Made by a program: the position numbers and the translations under genes. Under the pieces are notes generated by a model, which was not told the origin of the DNA, made no database searches, and worked only from the letters and a program-made list of their open reading frames with translations. A DNA stretch of 63,930 bases, the filler included, from Folioceros fuciformis (Eukaryota), in NCBI GenBank assembly GCA_049999805.1. It is 5 parts of 5 records of this genome, joined end to end, with 100 filler letters (N's around TTAATTAATTAA, not from the genome) between each part and the next. Parts side by side here need not be neighbours in the genome. Positions count along the whole stretch, not along the records: positions 28,719 to 43,669 come from JBNGIO010005878.1; positions 43,770 to 59,176 come from JBNGIO010005879.1; 3 more parts are not named here. One strand, given 5' to 3'. Positions within the stretch are counted from its first letter, which is position 1; the number at the start of each line of letters is the position of its first letter. Below are positions 38,801 through 50,600 of this stretch, piece after piece.

Positions 38801-41580
38801 TCAAATATTCTTTTGCATTATCGCTGCGAAGCTTCTTAACTACTTGTCCAGTTTGCTTTTCAGCCATCCAGATATAGTCTAAGAACTTCTCATATGTTTG
38901 ATGTCTATTGTGCAGAAAATAGATGCAGCAATAGTGACTCCATTTGTCTAAAAATGTCAGGAAATAAATTGCTCCACCAAAGGAGACTGTCGACATAGGT
39001 CCGCATATGTCGGTATGAATTATGTCCAAGAGTCCGGCAACCTTGGTTGGCTGAGGATCAGCATATGGCAGCTGCGCCATTTTACCTACTTAGCAGTTCT
39101 CACAAAAGAGATGATCAGGTACTTTGAAAGATATAGGGTCCTTATACAATTCAGGCTTATTTACAAGCTGTCTGATGTATGTTATGCTTGGATGACAAAG
39201 CCGGCTGTGCCATAAAAATACTTTGTCTACATCAAGACGTGAATCTACAACCATGGCTCTAGATTCTCTGGAGGTCAGCTCAAAACGATACAAATCATTG
39301 AAAGTGACACCCATTCCAAGGACAATTGAGGGATGTTCTGCAGATGTAACATAGCAACCTGAGGGTGTAAAATTCACTTGCAGGGCATGATCTGAAATAA
39401 GCTTACGGACTGATAAGAGATTTTTCGTCATGCTCGGTACATGCAGAACTTCCTTCAGATGGACCTCCTGTCCAGCATTTAACGCCAACACCACTGTTCC
39501 ACATTCGGCGATTGATAGACCACTATCGTCTCCCAGCAAGACGAATTGATTAGTTGGAGCATCCAAGTAGGTAATAAACTTGTCTCTAGACTAGCATATG
39601 TGATTTGCCGCACCGGAGTCGAGAAACCACATGTTTGCATCAGCTTTGGTTAAAGATAGGCAGATTGCAAGGATAGTTGGTGGTTTTATGCCTTGTGTGT
39701 TGCTTGACTGTCCACGAGTCACAGCATGTGATTCTGCTCCAGGAGGGGCTTCACGCCGGGGCTCGCCGGCACGCTTCTTTCGACATTCACTTTCAAAATG
39801 CCCTGGTATCCGACACCAGTGGCAAGTTCCCTTTGTCTTCCTCTGCTGTTGGGGATAAGATGGGGATGTGTAAGGTCTCCTTGGACCTGCTGGTGGCCTG
39901 TAAGGGCCACGTCCCCTACCTCGCCCTCTCGAGGTAAAGAGAACTTGTGTTGAATGTTGTTGCCCCCTTCCTGTTGCAGTCCTGCTCGACTCCTCTTCGA
40001 GTAATGCACCGATTACCTCTGAAAGTGTAATGGCGGGTGGTGCCCCTGCTGATGTTGATTGGATAGCTTGTCTTATAATTGAATTTTGTGAGCTAACAAA
40101 AGCTCTATAACTAGGTGGGAGAGATGTTAAGAGAATTATTGCAGCCTGCAATTCCGGAATATCGGTTCCGCAAGAGGAGAGTTTTGCCCTCAACGTACGA
40201 AACTTATGAACATGGTGTTCCACACTATCAGAGTCTTTCATCCTAAGTGCATAGAAAAGCCTTGTTGCGTTCATCAAGGACATAGAGTCCTTTGCAGCAA
40301 ACATATTTTTGAATACTGCCCACACTGCAGCTGACGTGCTCTGTCCCTGAGTGTGTTGAACCATATTTTTATCCAAAGCTGTGAGGATAATGCTCCTTGC
40401 CCTTTTATCCTGTTTGTTCCAGATGGATAATTTATTGGCATCTGTTGGCTTGGCAACTTTCCCAAGTACCATCTCCATGAGATCGTGCTCCTCGAGTAAT
40501 GCTGTAATTCGCATCTCCCAAACTGGGTAATCCATTCCATTAAAACGATCTCTGTCTTTGAAGTCGATTTTTGTGGTGTTGTTAATGATGGTGTTGGGTG
40601 GTGTACCAAAACCACCTTCACCACCACCACCCGAGCCGCCTCCACCGCCTCCTCCAACTCCTGACATGCTGTGTGTTGATGTGTGCAGGACAGCTAGAGG
40701 GTTATGACGACGTGGATAACGGGGTAATCTATGTGGTGGTGACCACGTACATGGTAGGACTACACCTACCTACAACTATCAGGGATTAGAGGGCCTGGGG
40801 GTCTTCCCTAAACAAGCTGGAAATAGATTCTAAAATCTGTTCTACAGGTTCTGGGATAATCATTAAACCAAAAATTGGATCGCAACGGGATACATCTAGG
40901 TTCTTGGGTGCTGTATCTGATGTACTGTCAAGGTAAAGATTGAATTTTGCTGTTAATTGTAGCAATTTGAAGTTCAAGATACTGATTTGTGCACTAATGC
41001 ATGCTATGTCCTTCCAATGTTGTACCTTGTCGTGATATGATAAGTCCTCTATTAATGCTATCTGAAATTTCAAGTCTCGAAGTTCATATGGGGAAATGTG
41101 AGACACTGGCTGTGAGGTGAATGGAGATGGACGGCAAATTGGCGTGTTCTGGCCTAGGGAATTGATCTGCTAAGAGAAAATTAAGGCATGCTTGGGACAA
41201 TAGACAGGGGTCTCTGATCAACAGCCTGTACAAAAGACTGGTTTGTTCTTCTTCCTCCCTGTCATGTTGATTTAAGAAGAAAATCTGTTATTGTGCCTTA
41301 CAGCACGCTTCCATTTGCTGAGTGCTTGCCAATGTTGTCTCAAAAGGGTTCTATAATTCTCCTTCTCGTCCTCTGCCAGGGAGTGCTGATGTGTGGTGGA
41401 TTCCACACTGGGCATGGTGGTTGGACACTGTCCATTCAGAAATCTAGCGATTAGCACACCAAATTCCAGATTGATTGAAATAGGGATTGCAATGCCTCCA
41501 GGATTGAGAACGCTGGCTGCCTTTTATATTTGGCTGAATTATTGCCATAAGGCATGATGCGCTCCATGGCTCTGATACCA

Positions 41581-41859
41581 TAAAGACATTTAGCAATGAA
41601 CGAGAACGATCTAAGAGCTGAGCAAACGCACGCGTGAGAGCACACAGAAAGAAGTGATAGTTAAAGGTTCAATGAAAGTACATGAACCAAGTGTGTAGAG
41701 AAGTGATCGCCTATGACCTAACTGAAAACATTATTAAATTATTATAAACTTGCTTAACCTAATGAAGTGCTAATAGGTTTTTGGCTACCTAGCCCTAGAA
41801 GCAATTAATTAAATATTAATAAACCCCGAGTAGGTATGACCTAAAACGGGTTTCCAATA
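41581..41859 (-). repeat. 5' LTR of Copia B (279 bp)
   Basis: Abuts the PBS; direct repeat of 35572-35826. Confidence 0.96.
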
Positions 41860-43221
41860 ACAGTGGTTACCTAAACTGAGTACAAAGTGCCACACTTCGA
41901 TCCACGAGCTAACACAAGAGAACCTTTGGAGATCTTCCAAGAATTATCCCCAACCAACAGTGGTAGCCAGCATCATCCAACTGCCTTGTGCTAATCATGC
42001 TTTTTGTCAACTTCGGAACATGCTTAACATCCTTCAGTATGAATGAAGATCCGTTGTCAAACTTCAGCTGCACATCACCAACGCCTGCAATCTTGCATGT
42101 GTAGTTATTTCCAAGCCAAACACATCCTTTCCTAGTAGCATCATAGGTGCTAAACCACTCCCTATGCGGAGTAACATGGAAAGATGCTCCAGAGTCAATT
42201 ATCTAATTAGAGAATAAGTGACTATCCAAGGGTGTCAATTGTGCAGAATCTAAGGAGGAAGAGATAAGAACTTCTCCATCATCAACAGAATTCACCTCGT
42301 CAGACTTGATACTCGGACTTGCCTTGTTGTCATTTGCTTCTTCTCCTTTCCTTTGTCCTTTTGGAACTTCTCGCAGTCCCTTCTGATGTGACCCTTTTTG
42401 TGATAATGATAACACTCAACATTGTTACGACTACGAGATTTGCTATGGGAAAGGCTTCGCTCCTTTTGCTTCCCCTTTGAAGTGGACCTTCCTCTCAGCA
42501 TAAGGGCATTGGAACCTTTCAAAGGTTCTATATTCTTCTTGTTCACCTCTTCTGTTAACAGGGTACCTTCTATATTTACAATGGTGAGACCACTGGCAGG
42601 AGCAGAATTACTCAGAGCTGTACGAAAGGTGTTCCAACTCTCTAGTAATGTGACCAACAGAAACATAGCTCTCACAAAATCTGGGAATGAGATACCTTGA
42701 GATGAGAGCTGGCTGAAAATGGTATTAAACTCATTCAGATGATCGAACATCCTCGTCCCTTCCTTTATCTTCAAGTCCACCAGCTGTTTTTCAACCAGTA
42801 CACCTGAGAAGCCATACTTTGCTTCTCATATAGGTCACACAACTTTTGCTGTAGCTCGTAACTTGTGGTCTTGCTTTTCACATTGAAGTAGACCGACTTC
42901 GACAATGTTAGCATGATGGTAGACCTAGCAAGCTCATCTAGATCCTTCCACTCATCCTGAGTCATACTAACAAGTTTCACACCTAGCAACTTTCTGAGCT
43001 TGATTTGCTTTTTCTGCACTAGAACATTATACACTTGCGCCTTCCTGCGCCTAGCGTGGCGGGGTTGCCGTCCCTCCGCGTGGTGCGGCCCTCGCCCTAA
43101 AATCCGCCCCGTGCTCGTGTCATGGCGCCCAGCCTGGCCCTCGCACGAGGTGGCGGCACCCTCGTAGGCCCCGCGCTCAGGGGGGTGAGATTGTATTAAA
43201 TACTTAGGCAGTTAGGGTTTA

Positions 43222-43444
43222 TGTGAACCTCTAAAGTTTGGGGTAGTAGTTTGTTTTGGTTGGAAAAGGGTTAATAGTGGTATGCTCTGGTTTTCTTTTT
43301 CTACTTCTTTTCCCTAATTTTTCTTTACTTTCTGGTCATTTTTCCTATTTTTCTTTGTGCTAATTAGGTTAATTGACCATGAAATAGTTGGTTTGGTTAT
43401 TAGAGTGGGTACAAGTCTGGTCCCAGACCTGGGAAGGTTTAGGT
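43222..43444 (+). repeat. Dispersed ~223-bp repeat (probable LTR end of another family), copy 1
   Basis: tgtgaacct(c/cc)aaagtttggggtagtagtttgttttggttg...ggaaggtttaggt is closely similar to 61580-61802 and starts with TG. Confidence 0.85.
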
Positions 43445-43770
43445 CCGGTACCGGGCCATAGGGTTGGGAAAGTTCGAGTCTAAGTCTGGTGATTATTTTA
43501 ATATTAATTAAAGATATATAATATTAATGATTAAATAATATAAAATAATAAAATAATAAAATAATAAAATGAACATAGGAACGAGAATATGTGGGGTATG
43601 TCAGGGTCTGACGACAGGCAGGCTGATTGCCTGGTTGGTCTGAACGGTCATGGAGGCCGTACCCTAGCTNNNNNNNNNNNNNNNNNNNNNNNNNNNNNNN
43701 NNNNNNNNNNNNNTTAATTAATTAANNNNNNNNNNNNNNNNNNNNNNNNNNNNNNNNNNNNNNNNNNNNG

Positions 43771-44682
43771 GTGCAGCTGGGGACCTATTTTGGCCTCTGG
43801 TACCTCTACAATGTCATCTTCAACATCTACAATAAGAAGGCGCTGAACGTGTTCCCTTACCCCTGGTTCTTGGCCACCTTCCAGCTGGTGGCGGGGGCGG
43901 CGTGGATGCTGGGCCTGTGGGCGCTCAGGCTGCAGCCCTGCCCTCCGGTGACCGGGGAATTCATCCGGGCGCTGCTAGCGCCAGCGTTTTTTCACACCGT
44001 GGGCCATATTGCTGCCTGCGTTTCCTTCTCCAAGGTGGCTGTCTCCTTCACGCACGTCATCAAATCGGCGGAGCCTGTGTTCTCGGTCATGTTCTCGTCC
44101 GTGCTTGGGGAGTCTTACCCGCTGTTGGTGTGGCTGTCTCTCTTGCCCATCGTGTTCGGGTGCGGGCTGGCCGCGGTCACCGAGCTTTCCTTCAATTTCG
44201 GGGGATTCTGGGGTGCCATGATTTCCAACTTCGGATTCGTGCTGCGCAACATTTATTCCAAGAGGAGCCTCAAGAATTTCAAGCAGTTCGACGGCATCAA
44301 TTTGTACGGGTGGATCAGCATTCTGTCTATCGCCTACCTGGCTCCTGTGGCTGTGATTTTGGAGGGGGCCCAGTGGAGCGCGGGCTACAAGCAGGCGGTG
44401 GCGGCTTTGGGGAGCGACAACACCTTCCTGCTGTGGGTGGGGCTGTCGGGAATATTCTACCACCTCTACAACCAGTCCTCTTACCAGGCTCTGGGTGGTA
44501 TCAGCCCTCTCACTTTCTCCGTGGGCAACACCATGAAGAGGGTGGTGGTTATCATTGCCACTGTCATTGCCTTCAGGAACCCCATCAGGCCGCTGAATGC
44601 TATCGGCTCTGCAATTGCCATTTTGGGCACCTTCCTCTACTCGCAGGCCTCTGCTAGTAGCAAGAAGGCCAAGGCAGCGTAA
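43771..44682 (+). CDS. XPT: Plastidic xylulose-5-phosphate/phosphate translocator (XPT), intronless in the visible part; 5' end lost in gap
   Basis: FGLWY..FNIYNKKALNVFPYPW, HTVGHIAACVSFSKVAVSFTHVIKSAEPVFSV, VLRNIYSKRSL and YHLYNQSSYQAL..ISPLTFSVGNTMKRVVVI. The ACVSFSK and NQSSYQAL variants fit the XPT subfamily rather than GPT, TPT or PPT. Confidence 0.92.
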   Translation: MQLGTYFGLWYLYNVIFNIYNKKALNVFPYPWFLATFQLVAGAAWMLGLWALRLQPCPPVTGEFIRALLAPAFFHTVGHIAACVSFSKVAVSFTHVIKSAEPVFSVMFSSVLGESYPLLVWLSLLPIVFGCGLAAVTELSFNFGGFWGAMISNFGFVLRNIYSKRSLKNFKQFDGINLYGWISILSIAYLAPVAVILEGAQWSAGYKQAVAALGSDNTFLLWVGLSGIFYHLYNQSSYQALGGISPLTFSVGNTMKRVVVIIATVIAFRNPIRPLNAIGSAIAILGTFLYSQASASSKKAKAA

Positions 44683-45468
44683 GCGTAGCATAGCCAGTAC
44701 GGTATAGCTGCTGCTGTCTCATTTGTTTGCAGCTCGTCTCCTTTGTACAAACAATTTGAGGCCCGTCAGCCCGTGGAGATTTTTTCTTGACAACCACATC
44801 TCGATTTCGCAGCAAACGGAAAGAGAATTTGTTTTGCCAAAGGGGTATACATCTTGTGATCAATACCCATGTGCTGCTGCTGTCGCAGTGCAGGGTCTTT
44901 TCGACCTTGGGGCTGTGTGGGCCGTGGTTCATATCCGACTGGCCACCTTTGGCCCGGCATTCAGCCCATCCAAAAGGACATTGCAGGCAGTGAGTACGGA
45001 AAACGGATGATGAGAGATATGTTGGTGTGTCGAAAAGCCATTGCTGCCATTGGATCGTTGGATGTTGCTGATGTCAAGTTCGAAATGCAATGCCAACCAA
45101 CAACGACGAGAGCAATATCTGGCAATGCGATATTTTCTGCCAGTCATTTGACTCCGACTTGGATACACAGACAGAACATGCCCATGCCTATGCCCGGACG
45201 GCTCATCACAACACAGCACACGTCTCAACTCAACTCCATATCTAGCATGAATTCAGATTCGTATCTGGCATGCTTTATTCCTCCCTAAATATCCAAAGCG
45301 TCAGTTAGACTGTGGTGCCTGCCCATGCTTGTATTATCTAGCCAGTTATCTCTTGAAGAGTCGGACTTCGTTTCAGGCGGTAACTGCGACCAGGCCCAAG
45401 CAAAAATGCCCCTCCATCCACGCGACAATATGAGACTCGTCCCCCTCAACCCCAGTCCCTCGTCGGAC

Positions 45469-46170
45469 CTAGGCCAGAGCAGGAGCAGGAACGGGACTGA
45501 AAACGGGGGGCGCCGGCGGCGACGGCGGAGGGCTGGGCTGGAACGGAGCTTCCAGCTTGTGCACGATGTCGGCCGACACCTTGAAGGCCTTGGTCAAGAC
45601 GACGTCAGGGATGCCGGATCCGAAGAGGGCGGAGGGCGCGCTCAGGGTCCCGGGGTTGGCGCTGCCGAAGGCGGAGTACGCGATAGCGCGGACGGTGCCG
45701 GGGTTGTACTGAAAGTGTAGCAGGCCCTTGGGGAAGGCGAACACATCGCCAGCCCAGAGATTCTCGTGGAACAGCTTGTTGTTGGTGTCCACGAAGCCCA
45801 CCCGCAGACTGCCTTCGATCACGTACAGCACCTCGGTGGCGCGGGGGTGAGTGTGCGGCGGGTTGAGCGTGTGCGGCGGGTACTCCAGCAACGCCGTGGA
45901 CACTCCCATCCCCGTCAGGGCCGGAAACTGGATCTCCGACACCTTGGAAGCGCCAAATTTGGGCTGCGACGCGTTGATGGCGTGACGGAGGCCCCTGAAC
46001 ACGAAGAAGCTGCCGTTGAGCGAGGCGGGGTCGACTCCTGGGGGCGCCACAAAGTCGGTCAGGATGTCCGGGTCGCTGCCCGCCACCAGGGACATCGCCG
46101 CGGCTAGGCTCAGCGCCACCAGGGCCAGCCGACATGTACCCTCAAGGTGCCTGGATGCAGACGCCGCCAT
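45469..46170 (-). CDS. Germin-like protein (cupin) with signal peptide and Pro-rich C-terminal tail, intronless
   Basis: Signal peptide, SDPDILTDF, germin box LNPPHTHPRATE, GDVFAFPKGLLHFQYN, SAFGSANPG; tail QPSPPPSPPAPPVFSPVPAPALA. Confidence 0.95.
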   Translation of the reverse strand: MAASASRHLEGTCRLALVALSLAAAMSLVAGSDPDILTDFVAPPGVDPASLNGSFFVFRGLRHAINASQPKFGASKVSEIQFPALTGMGVSTALLEYPPHTLNPPHTHPRATEVLYVIEGSLRVGFVDTNNKLFHENLWAGDVFAFPKGLLHFQYNPGTVRAIAYSAFGSANPGTLSAPSALFGSGIPDVVLTKAFKVSADIVHKLEAPFQPSPPPSPPAPPVFSPVPAPALA

Positions 46171-47114
46171 TGCCCCAGGCCTGCTGCTGCAAGATGTCTA
46201 TATCCTGCTGCGCACTGGCAGTACTGGTAGTGGTAATCACCAGAGTCGAGTAATAGGTGCTGCTGCTGCTGCTGCCCGATCGCTCTCCTTGCTGCAATTC
46301 TTCTCCGGATCCTCAAGGCGCAGTGCACCATCTTATAATTATCCCCCAGGATTGGACTGCCCTGGAATGTGCGGATATGCTGCCCATGGCCCGCAGCAGA
46401 GTGGATTGAGCTCCCGCCCACTTCCCCCCTCTTGGCTGCCAGGTGGCACAGCCGCCGGTAGGAATGAAACCATCGTCCATGGTTCATCGTCAGCGCCGGC
46501 GCCGGCGCCAGGCAGCGTGTCCATGTGCATGCATATGTTCCTTGAACCAAGCTAATCCTTACGATTGCTCCACACAGCGGACCGTCGGGACGGCTAGCTG
46601 GGGCAACAATGCGCATCGCATTGCAGCTCCTGACGCGCTGATTTCTTGGAATCAGCCCCATGGCGGACAACACGAGGTAGCCTCCTCAACAACACCGAAA
46701 GGCTAGCCTGATCGTTTCCTTCTCTGTCCTCCACCGTACACCCAACAGGATGTTAGAGTGTTAGAACAAGTGTTCCTTCCCAATTCAACACCTACAGATG
46801 GAGGTGCAAAGGTTTGCAGGTTTGTGTGCAAAGGTTCGACCAGCTTCCACGAACTCGCGGCGCGGTACATAGCTGCAGCCAGCTGGCGGAAGCCTGCTCC
46901 AAAAATCTCAAAGCTCGTGGTGTGACTGATATTTGAGGGTAGCCGAGAGGACACCCCCGGCGGGACTCGGACTCGCAATCCCCCTGATCAGAAGTCGGAT
47001 GCCTTGTCCATTAGGCCACGGGAGCTCCATATTAGGCTAATGTGAGAGGTTATTTATACCTGCACCTCAATTGAATGCTCATTTACACCATCTTGAACGG
47101 TGTGGTCTTGAAGT

Positions 47115-47375
47115 TCAAACTGGTGTCTCAAGCCGGCCGCCAACATCTTTAAGGCCTTTCCGGGGGACGATGGAATTGATGCCGCCAGGTCCAAAGGGGG
47201 AAGATGGGACGATCACGGGCCTCCGGCCTGCTGCCCCTGCTGAAGGGGTAAGTACCGAGAAGTCGGTGATCACGAAGTCCGCGATGCTGCCTGCCAACAG
47301 AGAGACCGCTGCGCCCAGGTTGATCAGCGCCACAAGCGCCACCCGATCTGCACGCGCATGTCTTCCTGACGCCAT
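47115..47375 (-). CDS. Short putative secreted peptide or truncated germin paralog (86 aa)
   Basis: MASGRHARADRVALVALINLGAAVSLLAGSIADFVITDF parallels the N-terminus of the neighbouring germin (MAASASRHLEGTCRLALVALSLAAAMSLVAGSDPDILTDF), then diverges. No cupin motifs. Confidence 0.45.
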   Translation of the reverse strand: MASGRHARADRVALVALINLGAAVSLLAGSIADFVITDFSVLTPSAGAAGRRPVIVPSSPFGPGGINSIVPRKGLKDVGGRLETPV

Positions 47376-47654
47376 CTGATGATCTATTGCTCCTGCAGGT
47401 GCGGCCGCGCTTAGGCCGTGGCAAAGGCCATGGCAGTGACGATCAAATGTCCTGTATGTGTACGTAGTGATCACCTGTTAGTTGCAGTTGCGGGAGGAAC
47501 AGCTGTCAATCTCATTTACGTTCCCTGCTGCTTCTCGTGAAGGTGCTATGCCCCTGATCATGAGGATCCCCCGGACGAGTGCGCATATATCCTCTGCATG
47601 GCAAGCGCAGCAAACATAGGATTGTGAAAGAATCAGCTTCTACCGCCCCGAAGC

Positions 47655-50600
47655 TCTTAGCAATTATACGGCCCGTGTTCTGCGATGGCACGAGACAAGG
47701 CACCAGACATAGAAGAGACTCACGACAACAGAGATAGCACAAGAGTGTTCATTTCAGGGTAAGAATTCGGTTATGTACAAAATTGAGTGTATGTGACGTT
47801 TCGTGAATAGGTAGACTAACTATTTATGAGGGTTACAGCTGCAGGGCTCCGTAACACACCCCCTTAACCCTAGCAATGTTAGAGAAAAGAAACTAAGAAA
47901 GGATAGCAATTGACTATTCAACAAGCTTCATCCGCTAAATTCTTAGTAGAAAGATATAAGAGCAAGAGCTTCTAGGTGGGTACTAGAGATGTAAAATCTC
48001 GAAGACCCATAGCCTCCATATGCTGAAAATGTTTGTGCTTGGGCAAATTCTTGGTTAGCAAATCCGCTGAATTCAAGTTCGGTGGAGACATACTAAATTT
48101 GCAGCACATCGGTTTCAACAGATTGTCTAACATAATGTTGCTTAATCTCAATATGTTAAGTTTAATATATTTATGTTTATATATTATTGCAAAGTTTAAG
48201 GGTCGGAGAATCCTATGTATGGGTTAAGCCTTGGAGGAAGGTCCTCCCTCTCCCACGTTGCCTCCTTGGCAGCATCATTAAGAGCTGCATATTGCGCCTC
48301 CGTGGATGATAGAGCCACGGAAGGCTATTTCTTAGATCGTCAGTTGACTATGTCATTAGACAACATAAAGCAATAAGCAGAGATGCTTCTTCTACTCTTA
48401 GGGTCAGAGGCCCAATCAGCATCTACATAGCCCATGATGGAAACATGTGGGCTATTATCTTGAAACCATGCGCCGTAGGAGATAGTACCCCTTAAATATC
48501 TAAACACCAAATGCTGAGGTCCTGAATACTCCAAAAATTGTGACAAAGTACTAACATTGTATTGTAAATCATGATGTGTCCAAGTACATAGATAATTGAG
48601 ACATCTTGTAGCATGCCTATAGGGACTAGAAGTCTCTTCAAGGGTTTGGGGAGATTGATCAAAGGTAAGCTAAGACCAACAACACCAAGTGTGCTGACTT
48701 TTCCTACTTGATCTAATGCCTTAGGCTCTATATATCCCTAAGAAGCTGAACACCAAGAACAAAAGTTAGCTCCCCAATATCTTTCATATCAAACCTTCTA
48801 TGAAGCATACATTTAACATGATCTAAAAGTTTATTATTATTAGAAACTAAAATAGCATAATCTACATAGAGAGCAAGTACTACAAAATGAGATCTGTCTA
48901 GGAGTAAATTTTCATTTGCATCTGCTGGGTTTTGAATAAAGCCAAGGTCCTTAAAACACTTATCAATGACCTTGTACCATTCCCTTGCACTTTGTTTAAG
49001 ACCATATAATGTCTTCTTAAGTTTACAAACCGAATCAGGGTGTTCGCGGGGGTCGACGTATTTCTCCAGCTGATCCATATATATATCTTCGTCAAGATCC
49101 CCCCGTATAAAAATGCAGTATTTACTTCCATTTGATTCAAATCAAGGTTGTGCTTAGTAGCTAGGGCAAGTAATATCCTAATAGACTGCGTCTTGACAAT
49201 GGGTGAAAATGTCTCATTAAAATCTACTCGAGATATGACTTATAACGTGCTATATCTCCAGCTGCATGAAGTTTGGTCTTAAAGACCCACTTACAGCTAA
49301 CTCTTTTTCTAACTGCTAGCAAGAACATAATTCTCATTTATTATTTTTTATGTGCGATTGATACTCATCTTCTATGGAAGGTATCTAGTGTGCCTTATCC
49401 TTGCCATTAACAGCTTCTAAATAAGGCATAGGTTCTTGCCCATGAATTGTACTAATAGAAAAACTAGAAGGTCGGGAGGTAGTAAAGGATCGTGAACTAA
49501 AATATCATCTAAAGCACGAGTATGTGTTTGAGGAAGTGGTGGTTCAGGTGACCATCTATTCGGGGGTCTATGCTCACGGGTAGGGTATCTACGTTCTTGT
49601 AAAGCTGGGGGTCAGGTGCAATAAAAGCTAGCATAGGAAGAGGATCTGCTATTGGCTGGTCAAATCCTGATCTAACTGATCTACAAGTCCAGGTTCATCC
49701 ATAGCAGCAGGAAGTGGAACAATTGGTTCAATTTCTATGTCTGCTTCCACATAAACAAATCCAAAAGTATCCTCATCAGTATCGGAAGCTTGAATATAAT
49801 CAATATCCTGATCATGCCCATCACCCCCTATAGGTCTAGATGCTGGATAATTAGTATCCTGAGGATAAAAGGCCTGAGTACCCTTGGAGTCAGCAAAACC
49901 AAGGGAGTCGAATCTATTTGAAGTTGGACTTGAAGCATGAGGAAAATGTTCCAAAGCAGGGCTTGACAACTCCTTAAAAATGACGCTACGAGAAAATATA
50001 GAAGTGTTGGAAACAGGGTCATAGCTTGTACACCTTAGCCTCCTCACCATAGCTGACAAAAATAAGAGGACGGGCTTTGTCTTGCAATTTCTTTCGTTTT
50101 TCAGCTGGAATGAAAGCAAAGGCAGGGGAGCCAAATACCTACAGGTGAAGGATGCTGGGTTTCTTAAGCCAAATCACCTCAAAGGGTGTCTTCCCTTCAA
50201 CTGCACTGGTGAGTACCCGGTTCAAAATGTAGGTGGCAGTCACCACACACCCTGCCCAATAAGCCTTATCAAGCCTAGACCAAGCTAACATACTCCTTGT
50301 CATGCCGAGTAGGGTCTGATTTCGACGCTCAGCAACTCCATTTTGTTGCTAGGTGTAGGGCACTATGAGCTGTCGAAGAATCCCTTGAGTCTCCAGAAAA
50401 TGGTTCAATTCAGCATTCACAAATTCAGAGCCATTGTATGTGCGCAGGCAGCGTAGCAGCAGTCTAGTCTATCTCTAAATCACAGGGAGCCACTCTTTAA
50501 ATGCAACAAAGGTGTCGGATTTATGCTTGAGTGGATATGTCTAAGAATAACGACTATGGTAGTCCGTGAGTGGCAAATAATACTTGGCGCCTCCAAGTGA

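Larger units (their letters stand above)
35572..41859 (-). mobile_element. Full-length Ty1/Copia element B with two LTRs, PBS (tRNA-iMet), PPT and 5-bp TSD ACAGT
   Basis: TSD acagt at 35567-35571 and 41860-41864; PBS TGGTATCAGAGC 41580-41569; PPT TGAGGGGGCG 35836-35827; gag (40667, CHWCRIPGHFESEC), PR (WFLDSGAANH), INT and RT in one frame broken by 4 point stops, then a frameshift near 36810 before RNaseH. Confidence 0.97.
32693..43036 (-). mobile_element. Ty1/Copia element A (degenerate; 3' LTR ~32693-33327, 5' LTR missing), interrupted by Copia B
   Basis: gag 43034-42200 (ARSTIMLTLS, CYHYHKKGH), protease DSGAS-like at ~42190, integrase 35499-34767, RT (YKARLVAKGF, QMDVKSAFLHG, LYMDDML), RNaseH 34121-33397. 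PPT AAGTGGGAGG directly precedes the LTR start TGTAGGG at 33327. Confidence 0.9.

Noticed and set aside
37086-39593. Four in-frame TAG/TAA stops in Copia B pol suggesting U-to-C editing or readthrough
   Set aside because: They are explained by C-to-T or G-to-A decay of methylated TE DNA. One replaces a conserved Trp (TGG to TAG), which U-to-C editing could not repair, and plant U-to-C editing is organellar.
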